DNA of 63,312 nt from an uncultured Christensenellaceae bacterium (GTDB lineage: Bacteria; Bacillota; Clostridia; Christensenellales; DTU072): NCBI GenBank assembly GCA_964392385.1, contig CAYMPR010000004.1, forward strand, positions 1,783-65,094, read 5' to 3'. Shown one piece after another: positions 36,507 to 47,106 of this stretch. The translations under genes were made by a program, and so were the position numbers. Numbering within the stretch: the stretch's first letter is position 1; the number at the start of each line of letters is the position of its first letter. Below the pieces are notes generated by a model. It made no database searches. It worked only from the letters and a program-made list of their open reading frames with translations, and was not told where the DNA came from.

Positions 36507-39032
36507 TTATTCAAACATCCTCTCATTGATGCTAGTTATTTTTCTCTTTCTATTCACTGCACCTATAATTGTCCAAATACCTGTAAATAATATTAAACTT
36601 CCGACAAATATTACTGGTAAAGATATAGGGATGAAATTAATGGATATATATTTATCAATCAAAGATGCAAATACTGGCATAATCAAATTAACCAAATAAC
36701 TCATTACTAATCCCATCAAGCTGCCTGCAAGAGAAATGATTAGTCCTTCTGCGAAAGAATACTTAACATACTCCCGATTAGACATGCCCGCAACCTTATA
36801 TAATTTAATTTCATTTCTCCTATCGTAAGCTGTCACGACTGAAATATTAATTACTCCAATAATTCCAACAAAGTAAATAACAAATTGAAGTATTTTGAGC
36901 AAAGTACTTACGCCGGAAAAGTTTTCATGTGTAGATAGTGCCCATTCACGATAAGATAAGGCATAACATTCCTTTTTCCCCAACCCTTCAACGGCAGACC
37001 GAAGTCTAATAAAGGTCTCCGAAAGATTTACACCCTCTTCTGCTTGTGAGATAAAAACTGCACTTTCTATAAGATGATCTATGTTCTCAAACTTACAGTA
37101 TCCTATTCTGTCATACTCGCTTACCGTATAGTCAATTCCAATAACAGTAAAATTATATGTTACATCATCATAATCGGTGCGGATTGGGTTTACTGAGATT
37201 GTATCTCCAATTTTTACACCAAGTCTAACAAACATATCGTTTGACAGAACAATTCCATTCTCAGTTTGATCCCATGTTTCCTTATCCACATATTTGAATT
37301 CTTCAGAACAATATTCTAGCGTCTCGAATTGATCAAGCCCATATATTGACCATTCTTTTTTTTCAGTGCCAGGTACTATAAAATTGACCACACTATAATA
37401 ACCAGTGCCGGAAATTCCCTCCACACTATTTATTAATTCTTTAGTATCTGAATGAGGCGTTAAATCTGTAGAATAATTGGAAACAACAATGTAATCCGCA
37501 TCATATCTTGATTTAAATGGGACTACAGCATAATTCACTAATTCTATAACTTCAAAAACCAAAAAAGCTAGTACTGTTATAACAGCTATCATTAAAGTGA
37601 CTGTCCTCAAGGCTTTGTTTCTAAGTGTACTAAAACCTGCAAGTGTAAATACTCCAGTTTTGCTAATTTTTCTAGAAATAAACCCTAAAAACTTAAGAAA
37701 GTAAGATATAGCACAATATAACCAAAAAATTAAAATCAACACTAAAACTGGCGAAAGGTATAAAGTGTAGTCCTTCGGTAAAAAGATAAGTGCTATAGCT
37801 ATAGATGCGAGTAAAACAGAGCTAATCAAGAAGAGGAAAGGTTTAATGTTTTTTGTAATTTTGTCCGATTTAGAAGATAATTCTCTAATCGATTTTTTCC
37901 CGACTGACATTATTGGAGAAATAGTTGCCAAAATGCTTACAAAAAGAGCTAATAAAAAAGCCACTAGGTATTTCCAAAAAGAATAATCTAATGACGCTTG
38001 AACTTTAGGAATCAATGTAAAGGCGGCTATCCCCATTGCAGCCCTACCTAGTAACAAGCCTAATAATCCACCACAAACGCCATAGAAAATGACCTCTATC
38101 ATTAGAATTAACACCACTTGTTTTGGAGTTGCACCTGCTGCCTTAAAAATAATCATTTCTGACATTCTATTACGTGCAACAATTAGATATGATGTAAACA
38201 ATATCATCATCATAGTACCAACCAAGAAAACAAGCGCTACGGTAAGTAATGTTGTATTGTTTCTAACAATCTCATATACTCTTGAAATACTATTTCCTTC
38301 CCCAATCTTTACTGCTGGGAAATTTTCTTCAAAAATATCATAATACTCTTCGTACAAATCAGCCGATAAAAAATCAATATATACAGCATTAACTTGGCCT
38401 TGATTACCAACTGAAGAAAAATCAACAAGAATATTCTTATCTGCTGGTGAAGAAAATATTCCTTCATTTTTGGCGATATATTCAACTATCATTTCTGTGT
38501 ATTTATTGAATGTAGGCACATAAATTTGGACTAATTGCCCCACCTTAATTGAGTTTTTTATTGCAAAACTCTCCCCGACAATGACTCTACTATATCCTCC
38601 AATTAGCCTATAATCTATATCTGCATTTTCCGTCTTTTCATCAAAAATTGCATAATAATTTAGAGGTCTTTTTTCAAAGTAGTATTCTAAGTCCGTAGCT
38701 TCAAGCAACACTGTTAGGGAGTCATTTTCCGTTTTTAAAATTGTATTAAATTTTGTAAAATAAAACGCAGAATTGATGTCAGCAGGGTCTAAAAAGCTCT
38801 TCACACGTGCTTCGCTAAAAAATTCAATGCTACCAAGATTTTCGCCAAGTAACATGTCTGAACCCTGTGCAATTCTATCGTATTCTGCCATATTTATATT
38901 GTAAAAAATATCAAACATAGATAATGAAATGAAAAACATAGCACTAACAATAATTATCGTTAAAATAATAACAAAGACTTGGCCTTTGTTACTTTCAATG
39001 CTTCTTAAGGTGTTTTTGATTAATATATTCAA
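36507..39032 (-). CDS. fused double FtsX-domain ABC permease (YbbP-like, 10 TM, two extracytoplasmic domains)
   Basis: Two TM1-large loop-TM2-4 modules typical of MacB/FtsX permeases. Start uncertain: TTG 39032 (GGAAGGA 6 nt upstream) or TTG 39047. Confidence 0.8.
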   Translation of the reverse strand: MNILIKNTLRSIESNKGQVFVIILTIIIVSAMFFISLSMFDIFYNINMAEYDRIAQGSDMLLGENLGSIEFFSEARVKSFLDPADINSAFYFTKFNTILKTENDSLTVLLEATDLEYYFEKRPLNYYAIFDEKTENADIDYRLIGGYSRVIVGESFAIKNSIKVGQLVQIYVPTFNKYTEMIVEYIAKNEGIFSSPADKNILVDFSSVGNQGQVNAVYIDFLSADLYEEYYDIFEENFPAVKIGEGNSISRVYEIVRNNTTLLTVALVFLVGTMMMILFTSYLIVARNRMSEMIIFKAAGATPKQVVLILMIEVIFYGVCGGLLGLLLGRAAMGIAAFTLIPKVQASLDYSFWKYLVAFLLALFVSILATISPIMSVGKKSIRELSSKSDKITKNIKPFLFLISSVLLASIAIALIFLPKDYTLYLSPVLVLILIFWLYCAISYFLKFLGFISRKISKTGVFTLAGFSTLRNKALRTVTLMIAVITVLAFLVFEVIELVNYAVVPFKSRYDADYIVVSNYSTDLTPHSDTKELINSVEGISGTGYYSVVNFIVPGTEKKEWSIYGLDQFETLEYCSEEFKYVDKETWDQTENGIVLSNDMFVRLGVKIGDTISVNPIRTDYDDVTYNFTVIGIDYTVSEYDRIGYCKFENIDHLIESAVFISQAEEGVNLSETFIRLRSAVEGLGKKECYALSYREWALSTHENFSGVSTLLKILQFVIYFVGIIGVINISVVTAYDRRNEIKLYKVAGMSNREYVKYSFAEGLIISLAGSLMGLVMSYLVNLIMPVFASLIDKYISINFIPISLPVIFVGSLILFTGIWTIIGAVNRKRKITSINERMFE

Positions 39033-39111
39033 GCTACATCCTTCCAATCTATTTTTTTTCTAAAAACAGAATATATTACTTGTTTCGCGATACCTATATA
39101 GACAATTTCCT

Positions 39112-39146
39112 TAATAAATAAAGAGGTTATTTTTGGGTGAACCTCT
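39112..39146 (-). terminator. terminator-like hairpin between ABC ATPase and permease genes
   Basis: Minus strand AGAGGTT-CACCCAAAAAT-AACCTCT followed by TTATTTATT. Begins 19 nt after the ATPase stop. Confidence 0.45.
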
Positions 39147-39164
39147 GGCTTACTATCATAGTAC

Positions 39165-39863
39165 TTAACTATTAGTTGCTATTATTGGTGATGTTTCATT
39201 TACAGATGCTATTTCGCCATCTTTTAATATTATAATTTTATTACCATAGTTTGCGTTTTCTATACTATGAGTAACTTGAATTATTGTGGTCTTCTTCTCT
39301 ATATTTATAGCTTTTAGTATTTCCATTATGGCATGACTATTTTTGCTATCCAGATTGCCAGTAGGTTCATCGAGCATAATAATCTTGGGTTGGAAAATCA
39401 GGGCTCTTGCTATAGCTACTCTTTGCTGTTCCCCGCCTGAAATAGCTGATGGTAGTCTATCTTTATAATCTAAAATACCTAATTGAGACATTATTTCTTC
39501 GGCTTTTACTTCATAAGCAGCTAGTTTTTCGTTGTTAAGAATAATTGGCAATAGAATATTCTCTTTTACCGTTAAATATGGAGCTAAATTAAAGAATTGA
39601 AAAACAAAGCCAATTTGGGTTCTACGAATAACTGCTAGTTCTTTTTCAGGAAGCTTGGAAATGTCTTTTTCGAGGAATAAAACCTCCCCAAAATCCGGTT
39701 TATCTATTCCCCCAAGTATTGTTAGTAAGGTCGATTTACCAGATCCAGAAGCGCCTTCAATGGAAATAAAATCCCCTTCGTTTACGGACAAAGAAATATT
39801 CCTTAATACTTCAGTACCCTTTACAAAACTCTTTGAAATATTCTTTGCTTCAAGTAATGGCAT
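39165..39863 (-). CDS. ABC transporter ATP-binding protein (MacB/LolD/YbbA type)
   Basis: Walker A GASGSGKST, signature SGGEQQRVAIARA, Walker B IIMLDEPTGNLD. Confidence 0.92.
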   Translation of the reverse strand: MPLLEAKNISKSFVKGTEVLRNISLSVNEGDFISIEGASGSGKSTLLTILGGIDKPDFGEVLFLEKDISKLPEKELAVIRRTQIGFVFQFFNLAPYLTVKENILLPIILNNEKLAAYEVKAEEIMSQLGILDYKDRLPSAISGGEQQRVAIARALIFQPKIIMLDEPTGNLDSKNSHAIMEILKAINIEKKTTIIQVTHSIENANYGNKIIILKDGEIASVNETSPIIATNS

Positions 39864-39877
39864 TTTCCCCTCCCTGG

Positions 39878-41389
39878 CTATTCTTCAACCATTAAATCAT
39901 ATGCTTGTAAATAGAGATTTAGAGCAGTATTTACAAATATAGTGCTAAATATACTATTAAACCCTTCATAGAAAGTGGCGCTGTTTTGACTAAATGTATC
40001 ATATGCTTCACTTAATGAATCTATTTGTGCCTCTGATAATAGTAGAGCATCATCAATTGAATAGATTTCGTTAAATTCCATCTCAACTGTTTCGACTGTG
40101 TCAAGATATAAAATAATCTCATCATATTTCAGTTGTGCAAATTGAAGCATTTCTGTCTCGTTTTCAAATCCAGTTTCAATACTCCTTGCTTGAGTAAGGG
40201 CAGAAGATAATCTTGAGGCAAGCTGTGCCTTATCTTTAATCGTTTCGCTTTCAAAAAAGCCCTTTTCTAGACCCTTTGTAATAGAACGAGATATCGAAAT
40301 CATACTGAGGTATAAGTATGTCCTAGGATTCTCGACTTCTTCTGCTTGAGACCTAGCAATCCCTTCAAGCCCCATGTTTTCTATATTTAACATAGCATTA
40401 ACCATCATCACTATAGTGAATTCAGCGGTATCACGATTTGAGGAAACCAACTCTCTAACATCATCTAATTTATTAAGAGCATTTATCCATTCTTCTTGTA
40501 CGATATCAGAATAAAGTGGGTTAAGGGCTAGCGATGGAAAAGGAGAAGAGAAACCTAATGAATTTAATATTGCATCAACACCTCTATCTAGTAAAATTGT
40601 GTTCATTTCGCTTCCGGATTGATATATCAACTCAGAGATTAATCTTGCTTGAGTCATTGAACCACCATTATTATCAAAATCCGATAAAAGCGAACTTAAA
40701 TATATAAGCGATCTAAACACTGTTACAAATTCATCTCTATTTATCAAATCATTTGATTGCGACTGCTGGAAAAAAATCCCGTACGCAATCCTTGCAATTT
40801 CATCTTGAGTCAACATTGTGTTATCGGTTATCTGAGCAACAGCATCTAAATACATATTCAAATCAAAAATATTCATAATATATTTTTCTGGATTAAAAAC
40901 TAGCTTTTTAATTTCTCTTCCTGTCCCTTCCTCAATACTTATCTCAACATCCGAGAAAAAGGCAATAAGGGCAAACACTCCCCTAAGATCTTCTTTATTC
41001 TCTGCATTTTCTAAGTCAAACACCTCGCTAGGATCCACAAGATTTTTCAAATATCTAGACAAGCTAAGTGCTTTCTCGCCAGAAATACCTGCGTTCCTAA
41101 AAGCAGCTAACAATTCTTTCCCAGAATCTAAAGAGATCAATCCTGTATCAGTAAGTCCTAAAAAGTCCATAATGAACTCTCTAATGCCACTTTTAAACTC
41201 ATTTTGAACCTCTAAAGTGTAAAGAGTAGGCAAAACAGAAGAGTAGTTTTCCGCAGTTACAGTTCCTAGAGGCTCGGATTTGGTTTTTTCAGCTATTACT
41301 CCTATAACTGAAAATAGGAAAGCTATTAGCAAAATAGTTGCGATGATAATAATACCTTTGCTAGAAAAAATCTTTTTTAAAAATATCAT
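39878..41389 (-). CDS. hypothetical membrane-anchored protein (503 aa)
   Basis: One N-terminal TM/signal anchor (IIIIATILLIAFLFSVIGVI) followed by ~470 aa of helix-prone acidic sequence with no motif I recognise. Lies 14 nt upstream of the ABC ATPase. Confidence 0.6.
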   Translation of the reverse strand: MIFLKKIFSSKGIIIIATILLIAFLFSVIGVIAEKTKSEPLGTVTAENYSSVLPTLYTLEVQNEFKSGIREFIMDFLGLTDTGLISLDSGKELLAAFRNAGISGEKALSLSRYLKNLVDPSEVFDLENAENKEDLRGVFALIAFFSDVEISIEEGTGREIKKLVFNPEKYIMNIFDLNMYLDAVAQITDNTMLTQDEIARIAYGIFFQQSQSNDLINRDEFVTVFRSLIYLSSLLSDFDNNGGSMTQARLISELIYQSGSEMNTILLDRGVDAILNSLGFSSPFPSLALNPLYSDIVQEEWINALNKLDDVRELVSSNRDTAEFTIVMMVNAMLNIENMGLEGIARSQAEEVENPRTYLYLSMISISRSITKGLEKGFFESETIKDKAQLASRLSSALTQARSIETGFENETEMLQFAQLKYDEIILYLDTVETVEMEFNEIYSIDDALLLSEAQIDSLSEAYDTFSQNSATFYEGFNSIFSTIFVNTALNLYLQAYDLMVEE

Positions 41390-41460
41390 TTACGCCCCTA
41401 AAAATTCAACAAACAATTAATGTTTAATTAGACTGTTTTTTTGCTTTCTTTTAAAGAATA

Positions 41461-41489
41461 ATTATACATTACGCGCATGTACATTGCAA
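41461..41489 (-). promoter_or_regulatory. promoter of the 503-aa ORF/ABC operon
   Basis: Minus strand TTGCAA, 17 nt, TATAAT. The spacer contains ATGCGCGTA. Confidence 0.65.
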
Positions 41490-41603
41490 GGAAGGATAAG
41501 TGTACTTAGGGTGAAAGGCTCATATTAATACCTTATTTTGCTTTATCCCCAGCTATTTTTGTGTATGATTAACCATCAATTGCCCTTTTTATTACCTTTT
41601 TAC

Positions 41604-41632
41604 TTTACATCTTTATACACGCGTGATAGTAT
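41604..41632 (+). promoter_or_regulatory. promoter of leuS
   Basis: TTTACA, 17 nt, TAGTAT with a TGA extended -10. About 140-nt AT-rich leader. Confidence 0.6.
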
Positions 41633-41777
41633 AAACAACAACAAAATATCTACGTAATTGTGGCTATCTTAAGACTAGATTCAAATCTTTAAAATATACG
41701 ATTATAAACAATTATACATTTATATAAATTTCTTAATATTGCGCCTTAATCTAATAAAGTGAAAGTGGGAAGAAAAT

Positions 41778-44189
41778 ATGACAAAAGAATATAACTTTGC
41801 TCAAGTCGAAAAAAAATGGCAAGACTATTGGTATAACAATAATGTTTTCGAAGTAATTGAAGATGCTTCAAAAGAAAAATTCTATGCATTAATTGAATTC
41901 CCTTATCCAAGTGGCTCAGGACTCCATGTCGGCCATATTAGAGCTTTTTCCTCAATGGAAGTTATAGCTAGGAAAAAAAGGATACAAAACTATAACGTTT
42001 TGTTTCCAATTGGATATGATGCTTTTGGCCTTCCTACCGAAAACTATGCTATAAAAACAAAACAACACCCTAGATTAGTCACTGATCAAAACATCAAAAA
42101 ATTTGAACAGCAATTAAAATCAATAGGATATAGTTTCAATTGGGATAGAGCAGTAGACACTACCGATCCAAGTTATTACAAATGGACACAATGGATTTTT
42201 ATTCAATTATTTAAGCGTGGATTAGCCTACAAATCAAAAACTCTAGTAAATTTTTGTCCCGATTGCAAGGTCGTTCTTGCCAATGAAGAAAGTCAAAATG
42301 GAGTTTGTGATAGATGTGGTTCAGAAGTCGTACAAAAAGAAAAGGATGTTTGGTTTCTTAAGATTAGAGATTATGCTGAATCACTTTTACAAGGCTTAAG
42401 CTCAGTAAATTTCCCAGAAAGAATAAAAATAGAGCAAGAAAATTGGATTGGAAAATCCACTGGAGCAGATGTCACCTTCAAGGTGGTATCGAACAAAGAA
42501 GAAGTCCCGATAGTTGTGTACACAACTAGACCCGATACAATATATGGAGCCACTTTTTTAGTTGTTTCGCCTGAACACCCTATTATTACCTCTTTCCATA
42601 AAAACATACTCAATATAGATGAAATAATTGATTATCAAGAAAAGGCAAAAAGAAAAAAAGAGTTTGAAAGGGTTCAACTTTCCAAGGAAAAAACTGGTAT
42701 TGAGCTTAAGGGGTTGTACGCAATTAATCCTATTACAGAGAACAAGATTCCGATATTTACTGCCGATTACGTTATGATGAACTATGGTACAGGTGCAATA
42801 ATGGCAGTTCCAGCCCATGACAAAAGAGATTGGGATTTTGCAAAAGCCTTCAACCTCCCTATCATCGAAGTAATAAAAAGCGATTGTAACATTCAAGAAG
42901 AGCCTTATGTCGAAAAAAATGACAAAGGTGTTATGATAAATTCGCCCTTAATTGACGGATTGACCGTTCCTGATGCTATAAATAAAATAATTGCAGAAAT
43001 GGCTAAGCTCGGAGTCGGAAAGCCTAAAAAGGATTTCAAAATGAAAGATTGGGCTTTCAATCGCCAAAGATATTGGGGTGAACCAATTCCAATAATTAAT
43101 TGTCCAAAATGTGGACAAATTCCAGTTCCAGAAAACGAACTTCCTTTACAACTCCCTGTATTGAAAGACTTCAGCCCATCTGATGATGCAAGCTCCCCTC
43201 TCTCTAAATGTACAGATTGGGTTAATACTACTTGCCCAATTTGCAAAGGAAAGGCAACTAGAGAAACCGATACAATGCCACAGTGGGCTGGAAGTAGCTG
43301 GTATTTTTTAAGATACATGAGCCCTAAAGAAAATAATTTCGTTGTAAATCCAGCAGCTTACAAATATTGGGGACAGGTAGACTGGTACAATGGTGGTATG
43401 GAACATGTAACTAGGCATTTAATTTACTCTCGCTTCTGGAATCAATTTTTATTTGATATCGGCGTAGTAACGAATAAAGAACCCTACCTAAGAAGATCTG
43501 CACAAGGATTGATTCTAGGCTCTGATGGCGAAAAAATGAGCAAATCTAGGGGAAATGTTGTTAATCCTGAAGAAGTACTTAATTCCTATGGTGCAGATAT
43601 TTTGCGTCTTTTTATTCTATTTATTGGTGATTATGAAAAACCCGCTCCTTGGTCTCCCGATGGAATTAAAGGGTGCCAAAGATTTTCCTCAAGATACTGG
43701 GGCCTTCAGGATTTAATTAAACCTGAAAAAGATGTCGACTGCTCTGATCTTAATTTAGATGCACTAATTAAAAAAGTCGACTCCGATTACGAGAGCTGCA
43801 AATTTAATACCGCAATTGCTTTCCTAATGACAGCTATAAACACTATTTATTCAAGGGGCGCAACTACATTAAAAGAAGTAAATACCATATCACTCCTTCT
43901 TTATCCTGTGGCTCCTCATATTACAAGCGAACTATATTATCTGTTAAACAACGGGAAATACATCAATAACGCTAGTTACCCTACTTTTGACCCAGATAAA
44001 TTAGTCGCTGAAACCGTAGAAATACCAATTCAGGTTACAGGCAAACTTAGAGGGACTGTTACAATCCCAGTAGGCTCTGATGAAACATTTGTTTTAGATA
44101 AAGTAAAGGCGACTGGTTGCTTGGATGGGAAGACAATTTTAAAAGTTATTTATGTTAAAGATAGAATAATAAACATAATAGCTAAGTAA
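41778..44189 (+). CDS. leuS: leucine--tRNA ligase
   Basis: HVGH and KMSKS motifs, CP1 editing domain, zinc cysteines CPDC...CDRC and CPKC...CPIC. Confidence 0.97.
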   Translation: MTKEYNFAQVEKKWQDYWYNNNVFEVIEDASKEKFYALIEFPYPSGSGLHVGHIRAFSSMEVIARKKRIQNYNVLFPIGYDAFGLPTENYAIKTKQHPRLVTDQNIKKFEQQLKSIGYSFNWDRAVDTTDPSYYKWTQWIFIQLFKRGLAYKSKTLVNFCPDCKVVLANEESQNGVCDRCGSEVVQKEKDVWFLKIRDYAESLLQGLSSVNFPERIKIEQENWIGKSTGADVTFKVVSNKEEVPIVVYTTRPDTIYGATFLVVSPEHPIITSFHKNILNIDEIIDYQEKAKRKKEFERVQLSKEKTGIELKGLYAINPITENKIPIFTADYVMMNYGTGAIMAVPAHDKRDWDFAKAFNLPIIEVIKSDCNIQEEPYVEKNDKGVMINSPLIDGLTVPDAINKIIAEMAKLGVGKPKKDFKMKDWAFNRQRYWGEPIPIINCPKCGQIPVPENELPLQLPVLKDFSPSDDASSPLSKCTDWVNTTCPICKGKATRETDTMPQWAGSSWYFLRYMSPKENNFVVNPAAYKYWGQVDWYNGGMEHVTRHLIYSRFWNQFLFDIGVVTNKEPYLRRSAQGLILGSDGEKMSKSRGNVVNPEEVLNSYGADILRLFILFIGDYEKPAPWSPDGIKGCQRFSSRYWGLQDLIKPEKDVDCSDLNLDALIKKVDSDYESCKFNTAIAFLMTAINTIYSRGATTLKEVNTISLLLYPVAPHITSELYYLLNNGKYINNASYPTFDPDKLVAETVEIPIQVTGKLRGTVTIPVGSDETFVLDKVKATGCLDGKTILKVIYVKDRIINIIAK

Positions 44190-44249
44190 AAATTGAAAAC
44201 TTTTTTGGTTAATTTAAAATAATACTTGCTAATTTAGGGGCTTAAACAG

Positions 44250-44278
44250 TTGCATAAAAAAAAGGCTAATAGTAAAAT
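44250..44278 (+). promoter_or_regulatory. promoter of gap
   Basis: TTGCAT, 17 nt, TAAAAT. Confidence 0.55.
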
Positions 44279-44316
44279 AAAAAAATAGAAATAATATATA
44301 TTTGGAGGGAATTAAA

Positions 44317-45336
44317 ATGGCAAAAAATGTAAAAGTAGCTATTAATGGATTCGGTAGAATTGGCCGTTTGGCATTTAGACAAATGTTCAATGCTCCTGGA
44401 TATGAAATCGTAGCAATAAACGATCTTACAGATGCAAAAATGTTAGCTCATTTATTAAAATACGACTCTGTTCAAGGCAGATATGCTCTATGGGAACAGG
44501 TTTCTGTTTCAGGCAATAACCTTGTTGTTGCTGGTAAAGAAATCCCAGTTTTCGCTATAGCAAAAGCAAACGAAATACCATGGGGAAAATATGATGTTGA
44601 TGTAGTTCTTGAATGCACTGGATTTTATACTGCAAAAGATAAAGCACAAGCGCACATTGATGCAGGTGCAAAGAAAGTAGTAATTTCTGCCCCAGCAGGA
44701 AATGATCTTCCCACAATAGTTTTCTCAGTGAATGAGAAAACACTAAAGCCTACAGATACAATTATTTCTGCGGCATCTTGTACTACAAACTGCTTAGCTC
44801 CTATGGCGTATAATCTACATAAGCTTGCTAATATTGAAAAAGGATTTATGACAACAATTCATGCGTATACAGGAGACCAAATGGTTCTAGATGGACCTCA
44901 TCGCAAAGGTGATTTAAGAAGAGCTAGAGCAGCAGCTGAGAACATTGTTCCAAATTCAACAGGTGCAGCAAAGGCTATTGGTCTAGTAATTCCTGAACTT
45001 GCTGGAAAGCTTGATGGTTCTGCACAGAGAGTACCTACCCCATCTGGATCGATAACTGAATTAGTTGCAGTAACTACGAAAGCAGTATCTGCTGAACAAG
45101 TTAATGCCTTTATGAAAGCGGCCGCAAATGATTGCTATGGCTACAATGAGGACGAGATTGTCTCTTCTGATGTTATTGGAATTACTTTCGGTTCATTGTT
45201 TGATGCAACATTAACAAAAACCATGACCCTTCCCGATGGAAAAGGCTTGGTCAAAGTTACTAGCTGGTATGACAATGAAAATAGCTATACAACACAAATG
45301 GTTAAGACTATTAAATACTTCTCAGAACTTAAATAA
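44317..45336 (+). CDS. gap: type I glyceraldehyde-3-phosphate dehydrogenase
   Basis: INGFGRIGR and the active site SCTTNC. ATG 44317 with a GGAGGG RBS; the ORF-track start is a TTG. Confidence 0.96.
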   Translation: MAKNVKVAINGFGRIGRLAFRQMFNAPGYEIVAINDLTDAKMLAHLLKYDSVQGRYALWEQVSVSGNNLVVAGKEIPVFAIAKANEIPWGKYDVDVVLECTGFYTAKDKAQAHIDAGAKKVVISAPAGNDLPTIVFSVNEKTLKPTDTIISAASCTTNCLAPMAYNLHKLANIEKGFMTTIHAYTGDQMVLDGPHRKGDLRRARAAAENIVPNSTGAAKAIGLVIPELAGKLDGSAQRVPTPSGSITELVAVTTKAVSAEQVNAFMKAAANDCYGYNEDEIVSSDVIGITFGSLFDATLTKTMTLPDGKGLVKVTSWYDNENSYTTQMVKTIKYFSELK

Positions 45337-45355
45337 CTTTTTTTCTTAAAACATT

Positions 45356-45384
45356 ACCCGCTGGAAATCCAGCGGGTTTTTTGT
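45356..45384 (+). terminator. intrinsic terminator after gap (between convergent genes)
   Basis: CCCGCTGG-AAAT-CCAGCGGG followed by TTTTTT. Confidence 0.85.
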
Positions 45385-45411
45385 TTGGTAAGATAGAGTT
45401 TATTACTAATT

Positions 45412-47106
45412 TTAAATTATTCTAGCAACGTCAATACCACCCTTTTCGTATACAACTGCTTCGTATGGCTTAAGCAAAATGGCATCGCCAAGAGTCTCAT
45501 CCTGTTTGGGATAATTGCTTATAATAAGCTTTGCTCCTTTTGAATTTGTTTCATCAACATTAAATGGAATGCGTTTCTCTTTAAAGTTGCAAATAACTAA
45601 ATATTTTTTATTTCCTAACTCTCTCTCGAAACAATATACATTTTTATTCTTTGGGGAATATTCTTTATATGTGCCTTCCTTAATAATATTATTTCCCTTT
45701 CGAAATTGGATAAGTTTTTTATAAAAATTTAGTATTGAATTGGGGTTTTTTAAGTCGTTTGTGACATTAATATCGTCATAATTGGGATTAATTTTCATCC
45801 AAGGTTTTCCCGACGTAAAACCACAACCCTGTTTTGATTCCCACTGCATAGGGGTCCTGGCGTGATCTCTAGCTCTTTTCGACATAGCCCATTTAGCCAA
45901 AGGAAGTAGCGGAGGGAATATTTTTTTAACCATAGAAAATACTTGTCTAGCCATTACGTCCACATATTCATCCAAATTTAAGTAAATATTAGTCATCCCT
46001 ATTTCTTGTCCTTCATATACATAAGGAGTACCTCTTAAAAAGAAGTAAGAAACAGCTAGCATTTTCCCGAGTTCCTTTCTATAGATTCCGTAACTATTCC
46101 CGTATCTTGAAATACTTCTTGGTTGATCATGATTCTCATAATATAATGTTGGCCAACAATTGCTTGGCATATTTTGCCAACCAGACTGTACTGCCTTAAA
46201 CTTGGCAAGGTTGAATTTTACCGGTAAAAAATCAGATTTAAAATCAACTTGAACAAGTTCAAATGTAATGGCACTATCAAGCTCGTTTCTATCCTCAGCT
46301 ATAATCAATGGTGCATCTTTAAGGGTACAGCCTATTGCTTCTCCCACTATCATAGTGTCATACTTCGACCAAGATTTTTCATTAACTTCATTAAAGTATT
46401 TGTGAATATTTGGTCCTAAAACAAAATTTTCATCCCCTCTTAATATTGGAAGTCCTTTCCCATCTGGTAATCCAACGACTTTGGAAATATATGTTATAAC
46501 ATCGCATCGGAAGCCATCAACTCCAATTTCAAACCAATAATTACAAATGTCAATAACCTCTTGTCTTACTTTTTCATTGTCCCAATTTAAATCAGGTTGT
46601 TTACTAGAAAACAAGTGTAAATACCATTCTTTGGTAGTTTCATCATATGTCCATGCCTTTCCCGTAAACCTTGAAGTCCAGTTGTTTGGAGGTTTTTTTC
46701 CATCTTTCCCTCTGCCTTTCCGCCAAAAATAATAATCTCTATAAGGATTATCTTTGCTTTTCTTACTTTCTTGAAACCACATGTGTTCATCTGAGGAATG
46801 GTTCACGACTAAGTCCATGACAAGCCTTATTCCTCTATCATGCATTCCCTGGAGCATCTCTTTGAAATCCTCAAGAGTTCCAAATTCAGGGTTAATATCT
46901 CTATAATCCGAAATATCATATCCATTGTCACAATTAGGGGACTTATACACGGGAGAAAGCCAAACTGCATTAACTCCCAAATCTTTTAAGTAGTCGAGTT
47001 TATTAATAATTCCTCTAATATCCCCTATCCCATCACCATTACTGTCGCAAAAGCTCCTAGGATATATTTGGTAGAATACTGCATCCTTGTACCATCTTGT
47101 TTTCAT
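45412..47106 (-). CDS. GH13 alpha-glucosidase (oligo-1,6-glucosidase-like)
   Basis: WYKDAVFYQIYPRSF, DLVVNHSS, GFRCDV, GEA and YYENHD conserved GH13 regions. Confidence 0.88.
   Translation of the reverse strand: MKTRWYKDAVFYQIYPRSFCDSNGDGIGDIRGIINKLDYLKDLGVNAVWLSPVYKSPNCDNGYDISDYRDINPEFGTLEDFKEMLQGMHDRGIRLVMDLVVNHSSDEHMWFQESKKSKDNPYRDYYFWRKGRGKDGKKPPNNWTSRFTGKAWTYDETTKEWYLHLFSSKQPDLNWDNEKVRQEVIDICNYWFEIGVDGFRCDVITYISKVVGLPDGKGLPILRGDENFVLGPNIHKYFNEVNEKSWSKYDTMIVGEAIGCTLKDAPLIIAEDRNELDSAITFELVQVDFKSDFLPVKFNLAKFKAVQSGWQNMPSNCWPTLYYENHDQPRSISRYGNSYGIYRKELGKMLAVSYFFLRGTPYVYEGQEIGMTNIYLNLDEYVDVMARQVFSMVKKIFPPLLPLAKWAMSKRARDHARTPMQWESKQGCGFTSGKPWMKINPNYDDINVTNDLKNPNSILNFYKKLIQFRKGNNIIKEGTYKEYSPKNKNVYCFERELGNKKYLVICNFKEKRIPFNVDETNSKGAKLIISNYPKQDETLGDAILLKPYEAVVYEKGGIDVARII

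Noticed and set aside
42371-43318. Three minus-strand ORFs (80, 112 and 137 aa) inside leuS
   Set aside because: They are antisense to a conserved aminoacyl-tRNA synthetase gene, with no RBS and no motifs. The same reasoning applies to the many 60-140-aa antisense ORFs in hom, coaX, secY, metG, the permease, the ABC exporters, gpmI and pgk.
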